Source: a virus. From it: a stretch of DNA of 64,000 nt. This document shows, one piece after another, positions 45,736 to 54,892 of the stretch. The stretch lies in IMG/VR virus record IMGVR_UViG_3300043570_001741, positions 64,001-128,000 of that record. One strand, given 5' to 3'. The notes below the pieces were generated by a model. It did no database searches. It had not been told where the DNA came from and was given only the letters and a program-made list of their open reading frames with translations. The translations under genes and the position numbers were made by a program. Numbering within the stretch: position 1 is the first letter of the stretch; every line of letters begins with the position of its first letter.

Positions 45736-46403
45736 AAGTTTACATAAGCAAGTATCGATATCACTGGATATCACCATATCATATCTTAGAAAAGGTTTGT
45801 TTTTGGGAAAAAGACAACGATGTGTTTTACAACCATGAAGAAAAGCCTGGTAACAAGTATGACAAATGGGTGAATCGTTTAAACCCTATCTGTAAAGCTT
45901 TACATAAGTTTTTAGATTTTGTTCATCCTAAAATTGACTATGTGAAGGTTGATAGATGGGACACTTGGTCAATGGATCACACCCTTGGTATGATTGCTTT
46001 GCCAATGTTGAAACAATTGCAAACAAGCAAACACGGTGCACCAAATGTCGATGATGAAGATGTGCCAGATGAATTGAAATCCACTTCAGCTCCACCAAAA
46101 GAGAATGAATGGGATACAGATGAGAACTGGCATAAGCGCTGGGATTGGGTAATGAATGAAATGATTTTTGCATTCGAACATCACCTTGACACTAAGTGGG
46201 AAGAAGCATATTCTAAAGGCAAATGGAGTACAAGAAGTGAAGCCTGTAAGTGGGATGAAAATAAGAAACCAAAGATGTTTAAAATGGTTTACAATGATGA
46301 CCACACACATGAAACTGATTATGAAGCTCTAAAGATTGTACATGAAAGAATTGCAAATGGTTTTAAGCTGTTTGGTAAGTATTATCGAAACCTTTGGGAC
46401 TAA
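45732..46403 (+). CDS. Hypothetical protein
   Basis: 223-aa Trp-rich ORF. Confidence 0.6.
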   Translation: MKVYISKYRYHWISPYHILEKVCFWEKDNDVFYNHEEKPGNKYDKWVNRLNPICKALHKFLDFVHPKIDYVKVDRWDTWSMDHTLGMIALPMLKQLQTSKHGAPNVDDEDVPDELKSTSAPPKENEWDTDENWHKRWDWVMNEMIFAFEHHLDTKWEEAYSKGKWSTRSEACKWDENKKPKMFKMVYNDDHTHETDYEALKIVHERIANGFKLFGKYYRNLWD

Positions 46404-46418
46404 AAAAGAAAGGATAGG

Positions 46419-46982
46419 ATGAAAAGTAAACCAATACTTTTTAGTCTTATATTTGCAACTCTAATTATAACGTTATCGTTTGTAAATATAAACAAATACA
46501 ATTTGCCAATCAAAGCACCATTTAGCTCATTGGCACCAGATGTAAAAAAACAAATCACATGTCTAGCCGAAAATATATATTTTGAAGCAGCACATGAACC
46601 TATTGAAGGCCAAACAGCAGTAGCTTTCGTTACATTTAATAGGTTACAAACAGGCAATTATGCAAATTCAATATGTGAGGTCGTACAACAAAAAACTGGC
46701 AATGTTTGTCAATTTTCGTGGTACTGTGATAAGACTATTACCTCAAAGCGCTTGACAATCAAGCATACTCCGTTGTATAATGATATATTAGAGATGTCCA
46801 CTAATCTTTATCTAAATTTTGAAAGAACGAAAGATGTAACAAACGGAGCAACTTATTATCATGCTGATTATGTAAACCCTGAGTGGTCTAAACTTAAAAA
46901 GGAGAAACAAATTGGCAGGCATATTTTCTACAAAAGCAAAGGTGACAAAATTGACAGAAACAAAGGAATTATCTATGAATAA
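46419..46982 (+). CDS. Cell wall hydrolase (SleB/Hydrolase_2)
   Basis: CLAENIYFEA, CQFSW, GATYYHADYV.P.W, IGRHIFY. Confidence 0.9.
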   Translation: MKSKPILFSLIFATLIITLSFVNINKYNLPIKAPFSSLAPDVKKQITCLAENIYFEAAHEPIEGQTAVAFVTFNRLQTGNYANSICEVVQQKTGNVCQFSWYCDKTITSKRLTIKHTPLYNDILEMSTNLYLNFERTKDVTNGATYYHADYVNPEWSKLKKEKQIGRHIFYKSKGDKIDRNKGIIYE

Positions 46983-47187
46983 AGATTTGATTACAATATG
47001 TGTATCAATAATTATTGTTGTTTGTACCGCAATCATTGGTGCATTCATCTATAATATCAATGACAGAAACAACATGGCGAAAAACATTGAAGCAGCGATT
47101 GCTAAAGGTGTTGATCCGCTATCTGTAAAGTGTGCATATGAAACGCACACAAACCCAACCTGCATTACATATGCAATGAAAAAGTAA
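46975..47187 (+). CDS. Small membrane protein
   Basis: N-terminal TM helix. Confidence 0.5.
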   Translation: MNKDLITICVSIIIVVCTAIIGAFIYNINDRNNMAKNIEAAIAKGVDPLSVKCAYETHTNPTCITYAMKK

Positions 47188-47201
47188 ACTAGGAGTATAT
47201 T

Positions 47202-47474
47202 ATGGCTATCCAGCAAGTGAGTGTCAATCAATTATCTAACCCAGCCGACCGAGATAAACTATTAAAAGTTATCCGTGAATGTTCTGATGCGATGGTTCGA
47301 GCGTCAGCGGAGAAAGACTTTATCAAAGAAGCAACCGCTGATATCAGCAAACAATTACAGTTACCTAAGAAAATCGTTCAACGAATGGTTAAGGTTTACT
47401 GGAAACAAAATTACGATGAAGAAGTGGCAGTCCACGACCAATTTGAAACTTTATATGAAACGGTGGTGAAATAA
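47202..47474 (+). CDS. T4 DsbA-like dsDNA-binding protein
   Basis: Size, YWKQNY.EE....FE.LYE tail, synteny before gp33. Confidence 0.65.
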   Translation: MAIQQVSVNQLSNPADRDKLLKVIRECSDAMVRASAEKDFIKEATADISKQLQLPKKIVQRMVKVYWKQNYDEEVAVHDQFETLYETVVK

Positions 47475-47887
47475 TGCCTAAATTTATCTTAACATGTGAG
47501 CACGATTATCCTACTGGCTCAAGAAACACATTAGAGTTTGAAGCTGACTTTTTACCAACTGTACTCGAACACTTTAGACAATTCTTAAAAGGTTGTACAT
47601 TTGAGTTTGATGGTGAGTTGGAAATTGTTGATGTTGACTATAGCCAAAAACCATCAGAAGATGAGTGTGAAGAAGATTATTCTGTTGCAGGTTCCCAAGC
47701 ATTCAATACCATGGCTGGTAATTTGATTCAACCTAAACAAAATGTAACAACTGAAGATTTTTGGAATGAAGCTCCATCTATCGGTGCATTCAACACAAGC
47801 AGTCCTAAATGTCCTGTGTGTGGTTTGCCAGAATCAATTATGAAGCGTAGCGTGTGCTTTGATAAAAACTGTGGACTTAAAAAATAA
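47474..47887 (+). CDS. Hypothetical protein with C-terminal Cys cluster
   Basis: F..FLKGC.F, CPVC...C....C. Confidence 0.55.
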   Translation: MPKFILTCEHDYPTGSRNTLEFEADFLPTVLEHFRQFLKGCTFEFDGELEIVDVDYSQKPSEDECEEDYSVAGSQAFNTMAGNLIQPKQNVTTEDFWNEAPSIGAFNTSSPKCPVCGLPESIMKRSVCFDKNCGLKK

Positions 47888-48111
47888 TGCCAACAAGAGA
47901 TGAAATGGTTAAATTCGCCAAAGCAATTGATGTTATTGTTGCTAGAACGGATTACAATTACATTGAAGCCATTCTGGAACATTGTAAAGAAACCGGTCTT
48001 GAACTTGAGATTGCAGCTACTCTAGTAAACGCTAATCTTAAATCTAAGATTGAGAATGATGCAATGGATAATAATATGTTGAAAGAAAAGGGTGCTAGAC
48101 TTCCTATATGA
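47887..48111 (+). CDS. 33: Late transcription coactivator gp33
   Basis: YIEAI...C....LE.E......LKSKIE..A...N, synteny. Confidence 0.8.
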   Translation: MPTRDEMVKFAKAIDVIVARTDYNYIEAILEHCKETGLELEIAATLVNANLKSKIENDAMDNNMLKEKGARLPI

Positions 48112-48701
48112 CTGGTTATGAAACCTTTGGTTTATATCAAGCACTTAAATTACACTTTACACAAGAATCATATGACTTCTTTAAGTACAATGGTAAAACT
48201 AATGTAAGTGTGACCACATTCGACAATAGAAAAGACAAGTATCATTTCCATAAACTTTCTCGTAGATTATCTCAAAAAGAAGATATGATTGATTTCATTG
48301 TTGCTAATCTTATTGAAGATGGAAATACTTGGGTCGGCTCTCTTTTGACAGAAGATGCTGAAGTGAATTATCGCAAGCACCAGAAGGTTATACAATCAAT
48401 TTCCTATATTTTTGAAAATGAATGTAGGAATGTCTTTAGTGGACTTGATAATCCAAACGAAGCATTGAAGACAGAAGGTGATTATCCTTTACTACTGAAA
48501 AGTGGTCTAAGGAAAGAAGTAAGTATTGAAACTGTTTGCCTATTAAATAATGTTCTTGGTTTTGTACCGATGTGGTCACGTAAGATTGCTGATACGATAC
48601 ATTGGCCTAATTACAGGATGAAATTGCTCAAGTATGCCGCATTCCTTCCTAAGGATGATGTAAAATATAAGTTATTATTAAAGAAAGTATTAGATACATG
48701 A
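48108..48701 (+). CDS. 59: Helicase loader gp59
   Basis: Y.ALKLHFT..YDFFKYNGK, RKDKY.F.KL. Confidence 0.88.
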   Translation: MTGYETFGLYQALKLHFTQESYDFFKYNGKTNVSVTTFDNRKDKYHFHKLSRRLSQKEDMIDFIVANLIEDGNTWVGSLLTEDAEVNYRKHQKVIQSISYIFENECRNVFSGLDNPNEALKTEGDYPLLLKSGLRKEVSIETVCLLNNVLGFVPMWSRKIADTIHWPNYRMKLLKYAAFLPKDDVKYKLLLKKVLDT

Positions 48702-49183
48702 AGGTAACTAAAATTTATTTGGATATGGATGGTGTTCTTTGCCATTTCCAAAAACGTTTCAATGAGTTGTTCGGTGTACAATCATCCGAAGTTCGTAATC
48801 GTAAAAACTTTACTGAACATTGGCCATTGTTTGTTGCACAAGAACAATTTGAAACACTTGAGTGGTTCCCAGGCGCTCATGAGCTTTTGGAATTTGTAAA
48901 CGCTTCTGGAATTGAGATTGAGATTCTTTCTTCCTCAGGCGGTGAAAGATTCCACACCGAAGTTCAGAAACAAAAGAACGTGTGGTTGAAAAGTAAAGGT
49001 ATTGATTATCCTGTCAATATCGTTCCGGGTCGTAAGTTTAAATCAGACTATGCAACACCGACCACAATTTTAATTGACGATACTGAGGATATTATTGTCA
49101 ATTTCAACGCTGCTGGAGGTATTGGTATTCTTCACAAAGATATCAATGAAACTTTAGACAGACTCAGGATTCTACTTAAATGA
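48698..49183 (+). CDS. HAD-family 5'(3')-deoxyribonucleotidase
   Basis: DMDGVL, ILSS, K..W, LIDD. Confidence 0.8.
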   Translation: MKVTKIYLDMDGVLCHFQKRFNELFGVQSSEVRNRKNFTEHWPLFVAQEQFETLEWFPGAHELLEFVNASGIEIEILSSSGGERFHTEVQKQKNVWLKSKGIDYPVNIVPGRKFKSDYATPTTILIDDTEDIIVNFNAAGGIGILHKDINETLDRLRILLK

Positions 49184-49260
49184 TATACTAAATAATGGTA
49201 CATTATGATATTGTGGATAAAACTTATACTACGTAATACAATTTATACAAGGAAAAATAT

Positions 49261-50148
49261 ATGACTTCATTTGCTAACCTCAAGCGTAACCGCAACTCAT
49301 TTGAGAAGCTCTCAAAAGCGGTAGAAGCAACCTCAACAGGTTCAGACGCAAACTCCAAAGATGACAATCGTTTCTGGCAACCAGAAGTAGATAAGGCAGG
49401 TAACGGCATGGCTGTTATTCGCTTCTTGCCTGCACCTGCTGTTGATGGTGATGATGCACTTCCATGGGTTCGCACATTCAGCCACGGATTTCAAGGTCCA
49501 GGCGGATGGTTTATTGATAACTGCTTGACAACTCTTAATGAGAAGTGTCCAGTTTGTGAACACAATAACACATTGTGGAATTCAGGAATTGAAGCTAACA
49601 AAGATATCGCTCGTAAACAAAAGCGTAAACTATCTTATGTTGCTAACATTTTGGTTGTGTCAGACCCTAGCAATCCTTCTAACGAAGGCCAAATCAAACT
49701 GTTTAAGTTTGGTAAGAAAATCTTTGACAAGATTACAGAAGCAATGAATCCAGATTTTGCTGATGAAACACCAGTTAACCCATTTGATATGTGGGAAGGT
49801 GCTAACTTCAAGTTGAAGATTCGTAATGTCGAAGGCTATCGGAATTATGACAAATCAGAATTTGCTGATGTGTCTGCTTTGTTTGATGGCAACGATGAGA
49901 AACTTGAAGAACTGTGGAAGAAAGAATTCTCTTTGAAGGATTTCACAGAACGTAAAAACTTCAAACCTTATGACCAATTGAAAGGTCGTTTGGATAAGGT
50001 TCTTGGTTTTAGTGGTGCACCTATCGCTAAGACAAAGGCTGAAGATACAGTTGCAACATTTAAAGATGATGTTTCTGTATTGGATAAACCAATTCAATCT
50101 GACGATGATGACCTGGATTATTTCAAGTCACTCGCTGAATCAGATTAA
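49261..50148 (+). CDS. 32: Single-stranded DNA-binding protein gp32
   Basis: AVIRFLP, HGFQG, CLTT...CPVC, GANFKLK, acidic tail. Confidence 0.95.
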   Translation: MTSFANLKRNRNSFEKLSKAVEATSTGSDANSKDDNRFWQPEVDKAGNGMAVIRFLPAPAVDGDDALPWVRTFSHGFQGPGGWFIDNCLTTLNEKCPVCEHNNTLWNSGIEANKDIARKQKRKLSYVANILVVSDPSNPSNEGQIKLFKFGKKIFDKITEAMNPDFADETPVNPFDMWEGANFKLKIRNVEGYRNYDKSEFADVSALFDGNDEKLEELWKKEFSLKDFTERKNFKPYDQLKGRLDKVLGFSGAPIAKTKAEDTVATFKDDVSVLDKPIQSDDDDLDYFKSLAESD

Positions 50149-50169
50149 ATAAATCCCATGCAAGTGTGC

Positions 50170-50193
50170 AACCCCGCTTCGGCGGGGTTTTTT
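50170..50193. terminator. Intrinsic terminator between convergent genes
   Basis: AACCCCGC-TTCG-GCGGGGTTTTTT. Confidence 0.9.
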
Positions 50194-52093
50194 ATGCGAC
50201 TCTACCAAACAAGGTAGTAAACACATCATCGAATGCTGATGGTATGTTTGGAGTGCCTTGAGTTCCTTGGCCACCGCCACCAGTTTTACTGTTGTTGGTG
50301 GTATTATTGTTTATGATAGTTGTTCCCGCTTGACCAGCACTTGCTACTTGTACTGAAGAAGTTGTTAATGCACTACCTGTTGATGGTCTAGGTGGAACCT
50401 GAGATGCGGATGCTACCATTGTTGAACTTGGAGGTGCAACAGAAGGAGAATAACCAGCAAACATGGTAGATTCTTCAGTTCTTCTTTTAACTAAACCAGT
50501 ATTTACAACATTTGAAGCTTTATTATATTCTAATATTTTTTGACCAATTTGTTCATTTGTTCTTGTTCCATTAGCTGTTAAAGAATTTAGAGAACCTGAT
50601 CCTAAATTGTAAACAAAAGAAGTTAGTGCATCCTTTTGGCCTTGATTCCAATCATATTTATTTTTCTTAGCAAAATTGTCAACAAAATCAACATCTTTTT
50701 TCAATCTTTCTCTTAAACGACTATCGGCTTCTTTCTCAGTGATAACTTCATTCTCACTATTAGCTTTTGTTCCATATCCTATAGACCATTGTTTATGATC
50801 CCAAATAGCCTTTGCTGTAAATCCTTCTTTTTTCTTCACATAGTTAACCAAATCTTCACTCAAACCATCTGATGGAACTGGAGTTGGACTAAGTTGTTCT
50901 GCTGTTGGCCCACCTTGGCCACCACGACCAGCACCTGCTCCACCATCGGACGTTGGTGTGGGTGCAATCTTCATTCTTCTCATTTCAGCTGCATCAATAC
51001 TTCCATCTGCTTGGCTTTTTAATGCATCGGCATGTTGTATATCTTGCTGTTCTTTAACGACACGAGATTCTTTAATTTCGATAGCTCTTTTACCTAATGC
51101 TTCAGCCTCAGCAATTTTAGCACGCAATTCATCTTTAGTCCTTATTTCACCTGAGGTAAAGTCAGATAGCTCTTCATCGGTTCTATCATCTTTTAGATAG
51201 GATTTCAATTCATCATTTATTAAAAAAGTTCTTCTTGCAACTTTTGATGATTGACTACCCCTGTCTTGAGCTATACGCAAATCAGTTTTTGCTTTTGTAT
51301 TAGCTTCTGAATTTTTCTTATCAATTAAGTCCATTAACCATTTTGCAGCCAACAGGCCACCAACAAGGCCTAAAAATACTGGACTTGTTAGTAAAGGTAA
51401 TAATGTACGAAATACGGTACTTATACCTTTAATAACATCTAAGCCAAGGCCAAATACTTTTACTAAATTATCTGGAGAAAATATTGATCCCAATGTTGCA
51501 GTAATTGCTGAAACAATTGTTCCACCAAGTGTTAAAAGTGGTGCAAAAAGTGTTGATAAGAATCCTAAGATTCCAGTGTTCTTTTCTGGTTCTTTTGATG
51601 TTACTGGTGTTGGTGCCACACCTTTTTGTTTGCCAAATTGTGTCTCATAAGCAGATTCACGCTCACTAGATTTTCTGAAGTACATATCAGCTTTATTGGT
51701 TGCTTCTCCGCCTTGGAGTTTAACCAGTTTGACAATGTTCTGTCTCATCACATTCATGTCTCTAGCTATATCAGGTAGAGTCATTGAATTTTTTGCAGCC
51801 AGCTGTGTGTTTAAACTTACATTTCTTGTTTCATTTGTTAACCCATCTATCTTAGATTCCAATTGCATTGTTGAAATCTGAGGAGCCGGTGCAGATAAAG
51901 ATGTTGGTGATTTACCAGTTGTTCGAGTTGCAGAATATGTTTTGAACAGAGATGGCGCAATGGCAGCTGCCAATCCTTTTTGATTGAACATTCGTCTTGG
52001 GTCAATTTTCTCTAAGGCTCTTTTACCCAAAGCTGATGCTATTCCACCACCTTTTGCTTTTTCTGATTTATAAATTTCTGCTAATCTTGACAT
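50192..52093 (-). CDS. Tape-measure/baseplate-hub-like protein with GH24 lysozyme domain
   Basis: Helical N-half with hydrophobic stretch; EGF...D....IGYG, DAL.SF.YNLG, GLVKRR.EE. Confidence 0.7.
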   Translation of the reverse strand: MSRLAEIYKSEKAKGGGIASALGKRALEKIDPRRMFNQKGLAAAIAPSLFKTYSATRTTGKSPTSLSAPAPQISTMQLESKIDGLTNETRNVSLNTQLAAKNSMTLPDIARDMNVMRQNIVKLVKLQGGEATNKADMYFRKSSERESAYETQFGKQKGVAPTPVTSKEPEKNTGILGFLSTLFAPLLTLGGTIVSAITATLGSIFSPDNLVKVFGLGLDVIKGISTVFRTLLPLLTSPVFLGLVGGLLAAKWLMDLIDKKNSEANTKAKTDLRIAQDRGSQSSKVARRTFLINDELKSYLKDDRTDEELSDFTSGEIRTKDELRAKIAEAEALGKRAIEIKESRVVKEQQDIQHADALKSQADGSIDAAEMRRMKIAPTPTSDGGAGAGRGGQGGPTAEQLSPTPVPSDGLSEDLVNYVKKKEGFTAKAIWDHKQWSIGYGTKANSENEVITEKEADSRLRERLKKDVDFVDNFAKKNKYDWNQGQKDALTSFVYNLGSGSLNSLTANGTRTNEQIGQKILEYNKASNVVNTGLVKRRTEESTMFAGYSPSVAPPSSTMVASASQVPPRPSTGSALTTSSVQVASAGQAGTTIINNNTTNNSKTGGGGQGTQGTPNIPSAFDDVFTTLFGRVA

Positions 52094-52282
52094 TTATTTT
52101 GCCTTTTGTTGTTTCAATCTCTCTTTTTCTTCTTCTAAAAACTTCACTAACATATCAATATATACTTGTCGTTCCCAAGGTAACATATTATCCAATTCTG
52201 TCAAACTATATTTGTGGTGTTGCATTAATGCAAAATTAGTTTGATAGTAATTACCTAGGTTATCATAATTAAAATTTAGACG
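52094..52282 (-). CDS. gp51-like hub/tail assembly chaperone segment (ATG at 52225, or reached by -1 frameshift)
   Basis: NYYQTNFALMQHHKYSLTELDNMLPWERQVY; not in ORF track. Confidence 0.75.
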   Translation of the reverse strand, partial: RLNFNYDNLGNYYQTNFALMQHHKYSLTELDNMLPWERQVYIDMLVKFLEEEKERLKQQKAK

Positions 52283-53013
52283 AAAAAATTTTGAATTCCT
52301 TCTACCTCGATTCTTTCCTCATATCCACACTTGGGACATTTAAAGTCCAAATCTTTTTTGATTTTTGGCATGGTTGAAAAGAAATTTTGAATCTTCTCTA
52401 TATCATCTTGTTGTAAGTTTTCAATAAACTCCACAAGCTCTTCTTTTGGTGTATCTTTTGCATAATACATTTGATTCTCATCATAGATGTAATCAATACA
52501 ATTCGCAATGATATCGATTGTCTTTTCTATATTGTTTTCAACTGATTCATCATTGAATGATGTTTCAAAACTAGGATACTTCATAACAAGTCCTAGTTTT
52601 GGTGAAATAACAATTTTAGTAGAATGTTCTTTATCAATTGTTGGTTCAATCTCCAACAATTTTAAATCAAACTTAACTAGACCACCACATGTCTTTTCTT
52701 CACCATCGTCTTTTTTGACAATGTTGTTGCAGTTGTATTTGAGGTTAACTACCTCACCCACAGACCTAGCACGAAGCTGCATGAATAAGTGTTCAAGGTC
52801 GAATGTTGGTAATGTTTCAACATCCACATCTGATAAAATACAATTATTCAAAACTTGTTTGATAACACCAACTGTTTCTTTAACATCAGTTGATTCTGAA
52901 GCCATCATAAAAAGTTTTTGTTCTTTAACTAAGAACGGTCTAAATTTAACCGTTTTTCCCGTTGAAACCAATTTAGTTTCATATACAGGCACATCAATTT
53001 TTGGTAAAGCCAT
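52276..53013 (-). CDS. 26: gp26-like baseplate hub assembly protein
   Basis: MALPKI..P.Y, FRPFLVKE.K, LRARSVGE, CPKCG, EGIQNFF. Confidence 0.85.
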   Translation of the reverse strand: MALPKIDVPVYETKLVSTGKTVKFRPFLVKEQKLFMMASESTDVKETVGVIKQVLNNCILSDVDVETLPTFDLEHLFMQLRARSVGEVVNLKYNCNNIVKKDDGEEKTCGGLVKFDLKLLEIEPTIDKEHSTKIVISPKLGLVMKYPSFETSFNDESVENNIEKTIDIIANCIDYIYDENQMYYAKDTPKEELVEFIENLQQDDIEKIQNFFSTMPKIKKDLDFKCPKCGYEERIEVEGIQNFFV

Positions 53014-53028
53014 ATTATATCCTCACAT

Positions 53029-53823
53029 TTAAAATATTAATCTACTAACTGGTGTAATCAGTCTTTCACTAATTGAGTTACCAGCTTTGTCGAAGAATCT
53101 GGATGCTTTGTCTCCAAATAGTTGAGCTGCCGCAGCAGCAATATCATATTGACCAGAATATACCACACGGTATTTTTGGTACGCAAATTGAACCGTCAAT
53201 CGGTGAAATCCTTCTTCAGACCATGACAATGGCTGAGCAGCAATGGAAATTGGATAAGCATCAATCATTTCCACCGCATAAATTTGTTTGATAAAATCAT
53301 CATACTGAATAACCTTAATATTGGTCATATAACCAGTACCAGTGTTACCGCCTTTTGGAAAACGCAAGTTGTTGGTATCAGATGGCATAATTGCATCTAA
53401 CCAGCGGTCAAATAACTTGCGCTCATAGAATTCGTTTGTGCATACAAAATTTAATGCAAGCTGATTATATTGAGTTTGATATGGAACTTTAAATGTTGGT
53501 CCATAAATTTTAACATCAGTTGTTATTAATTCTCTACCTGGCAATTCAGCACTTTCACATTGAAGTGCCAAATATCTGGACATAGATGCATTGCTAGTTT
53601 TAGATTGGCCGTCCGCAGATTCATTGCCTAAAATTTGATTAATAGCATCTGAAACATCTGTTACAATTGTTGTTGGTAGATTTAAAAGTTTTTCGAGTGC
53701 TGATGATTTAACGAAATCATTAACGTATTGTGGAATAGGAAGAATAACCTCGAAACGGTTGTTCTTTGCTAGGCCATCTTTAGCTTTGATATTGGACAGA
53801 AATGATTGTGGTGTAAAAGCCAT
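53029..53823 (-). CDS. Tail-tube-fold baseplate protein (gp54-like)
   Basis: NRFEV, CESAELPG, AYPISI...LSW, LTVQFAY. Confidence 0.7.
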   Translation of the reverse strand: MAFTPQSFLSNIKAKDGLAKNNRFEVILPIPQYVNDFVKSSALEKLLNLPTTIVTDVSDAINQILGNESADGQSKTSNASMSRYLALQCESAELPGRELITTDVKIYGPTFKVPYQTQYNQLALNFVCTNEFYERKLFDRWLDAIMPSDTNNLRFPKGGNTGTGYMTNIKVIQYDDFIKQIYAVEMIDAYPISIAAQPLSWSEEGFHRLTVQFAYQKYRVVYSGQYDIAAAAAQLFGDKASRFFDKAGNSISERLITPVSRLIF

Positions 53824-54401
53824 TAGAATTTTCCCTCTGAGTCGGCATAAACCTTACTTGTTGAAGCACCGACAAAACTTTCCATTGGTAATAATGCAGC
53901 TATATCCCACTCATCAGCTGTAATTTCCAAAAATCTGGAACCAACATGTGAATATAGATAACGTTTGATACATGGTTGCGCCTCAAATATCTTAGAAGCC
54001 GATGCCAATACGGCATAACTTAAACGCAATTTGGTGCTCTTATCAAAGTTTTTATTGGTCGCAAAACTACTCAATTTATCCAACAAAATCATCCGTTGCT
54101 TTGGGTGAATGTAATGTAAATTCAACCCTAAAAATCCGTCATTGTATTGTTCTATTGGTAGTACCAAAGGGAACCGGTCGTAGTATGGCAACGAAGCTTT
54201 CGTCTTGGGACTGTATGAATAGAAATACATTTTCCCAATTATGGTATTATCCTTTAGACGGGTTCTATCCTGTAGTAATGCTTGTCTTGTGGGATTCAAT
54301 TCAGTTATTTTAGATTGAAGCCACGAGCGTGCTTGGTTTGTTCTTGGTGTCAAACCTTGTTTCATCAACGATTGATTTATTCTGTCTAATAGATATGCCA
54401 T
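53823..54401 (-). CDS. 2: DNA end protector gp2
   Basis: Y.PKTK..LPYYDRFPL, GLNLHY, CIKRYL. Confidence 0.88.
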   Translation of the reverse strand: MAYLLDRINQSLMKQGLTPRTNQARSWLQSKITELNPTRQALLQDRTRLKDNTIIGKMYFYSYSPKTKASLPYYDRFPLVLPIEQYNDGFLGLNLHYIHPKQRMILLDKLSSFATNKNFDKSTKLRLSYAVLASASKIFEAQPCIKRYLYSHVGSRFLEITADEWDIAALLPMESFVGASTSKVYADSEGKF

Positions 54402-54405
54402 TGGT

Positions 54406-54413
54406 TATTTATA
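54406..54413 (-). promoter_or_regulatory. T4-type late promoter
   Basis: TATAAATA on minus strand just upstream of gp2. Confidence 0.75.
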
Positions 54414-54860
54414 TTAAAGTCCAAGTTCTTTTTCAGTCAATATTTGAAATTGCCATCCATGTTCCTTACAGAATAGGTCGGCTGCTCGCCACTTCTCTTG
54501 ATTAATGGCGTAAGTTGCCGCCTCTTGAATGAATCGTTTTGTCTGCCGTTTCTGTACTGGCATCTTGGTTTGGGCGTTTGGTTTTACCTCAATCATTACA
54601 GTTTTTATCAGGCCAGTTTTCACTTTGAGTTTTGCAACAAAATCAGGGTAATACTTGTGCATTCTGTTGTCCACTGGAGACTTGTAAGGAATTGATAATT
54701 CTTCGGAAGCCCACCAAATCACGTTTGGATTGTCATCAAAATATTTCATAACCCTGAGTTCCCACGAAGAACGATAAATGATGTTTGACGCATCTCCGTT
54801 ATATTTTGCTGGGTTCTTTGGTTTGAATATTCCTTTGTATGTTTTATTTAAGGAAGTCAT
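54414..54860 (-). CDS. 4: Head completion nuclease gp4
   Basis: YKG.FKPKNP.KY.GD, YRSSWE, YYPDF, IEVKP, N..KW.AA. Confidence 0.9.
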   Translation of the reverse strand: MTSLNKTYKGIFKPKNPAKYNGDASNIIYRSSWELRVMKYFDDNPNVIWWASEELSIPYKSPVDNRMHKYYPDFVAKLKVKTGLIKTVMIEVKPNAQTKMPVQKRQTKRFIQEAATYAINQEKWRAADLFCKEHGWQFQILTEKELGL

Positions 54861-54867
54861 ATAAATA
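54860..54867 (+). promoter_or_regulatory. T4-type late promoter
   Basis: TATAAATA upstream of gp48-like gene. Confidence 0.75.
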
Positions 54868-54892
54868 TATAGTAAATTCTATAGGACCACAA

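Noticed and set aside
52508-53032. 174-aa plus-strand ORF and similar antisense ORFs across the window
   Set aside because: Antisense shadows of well-supported genes
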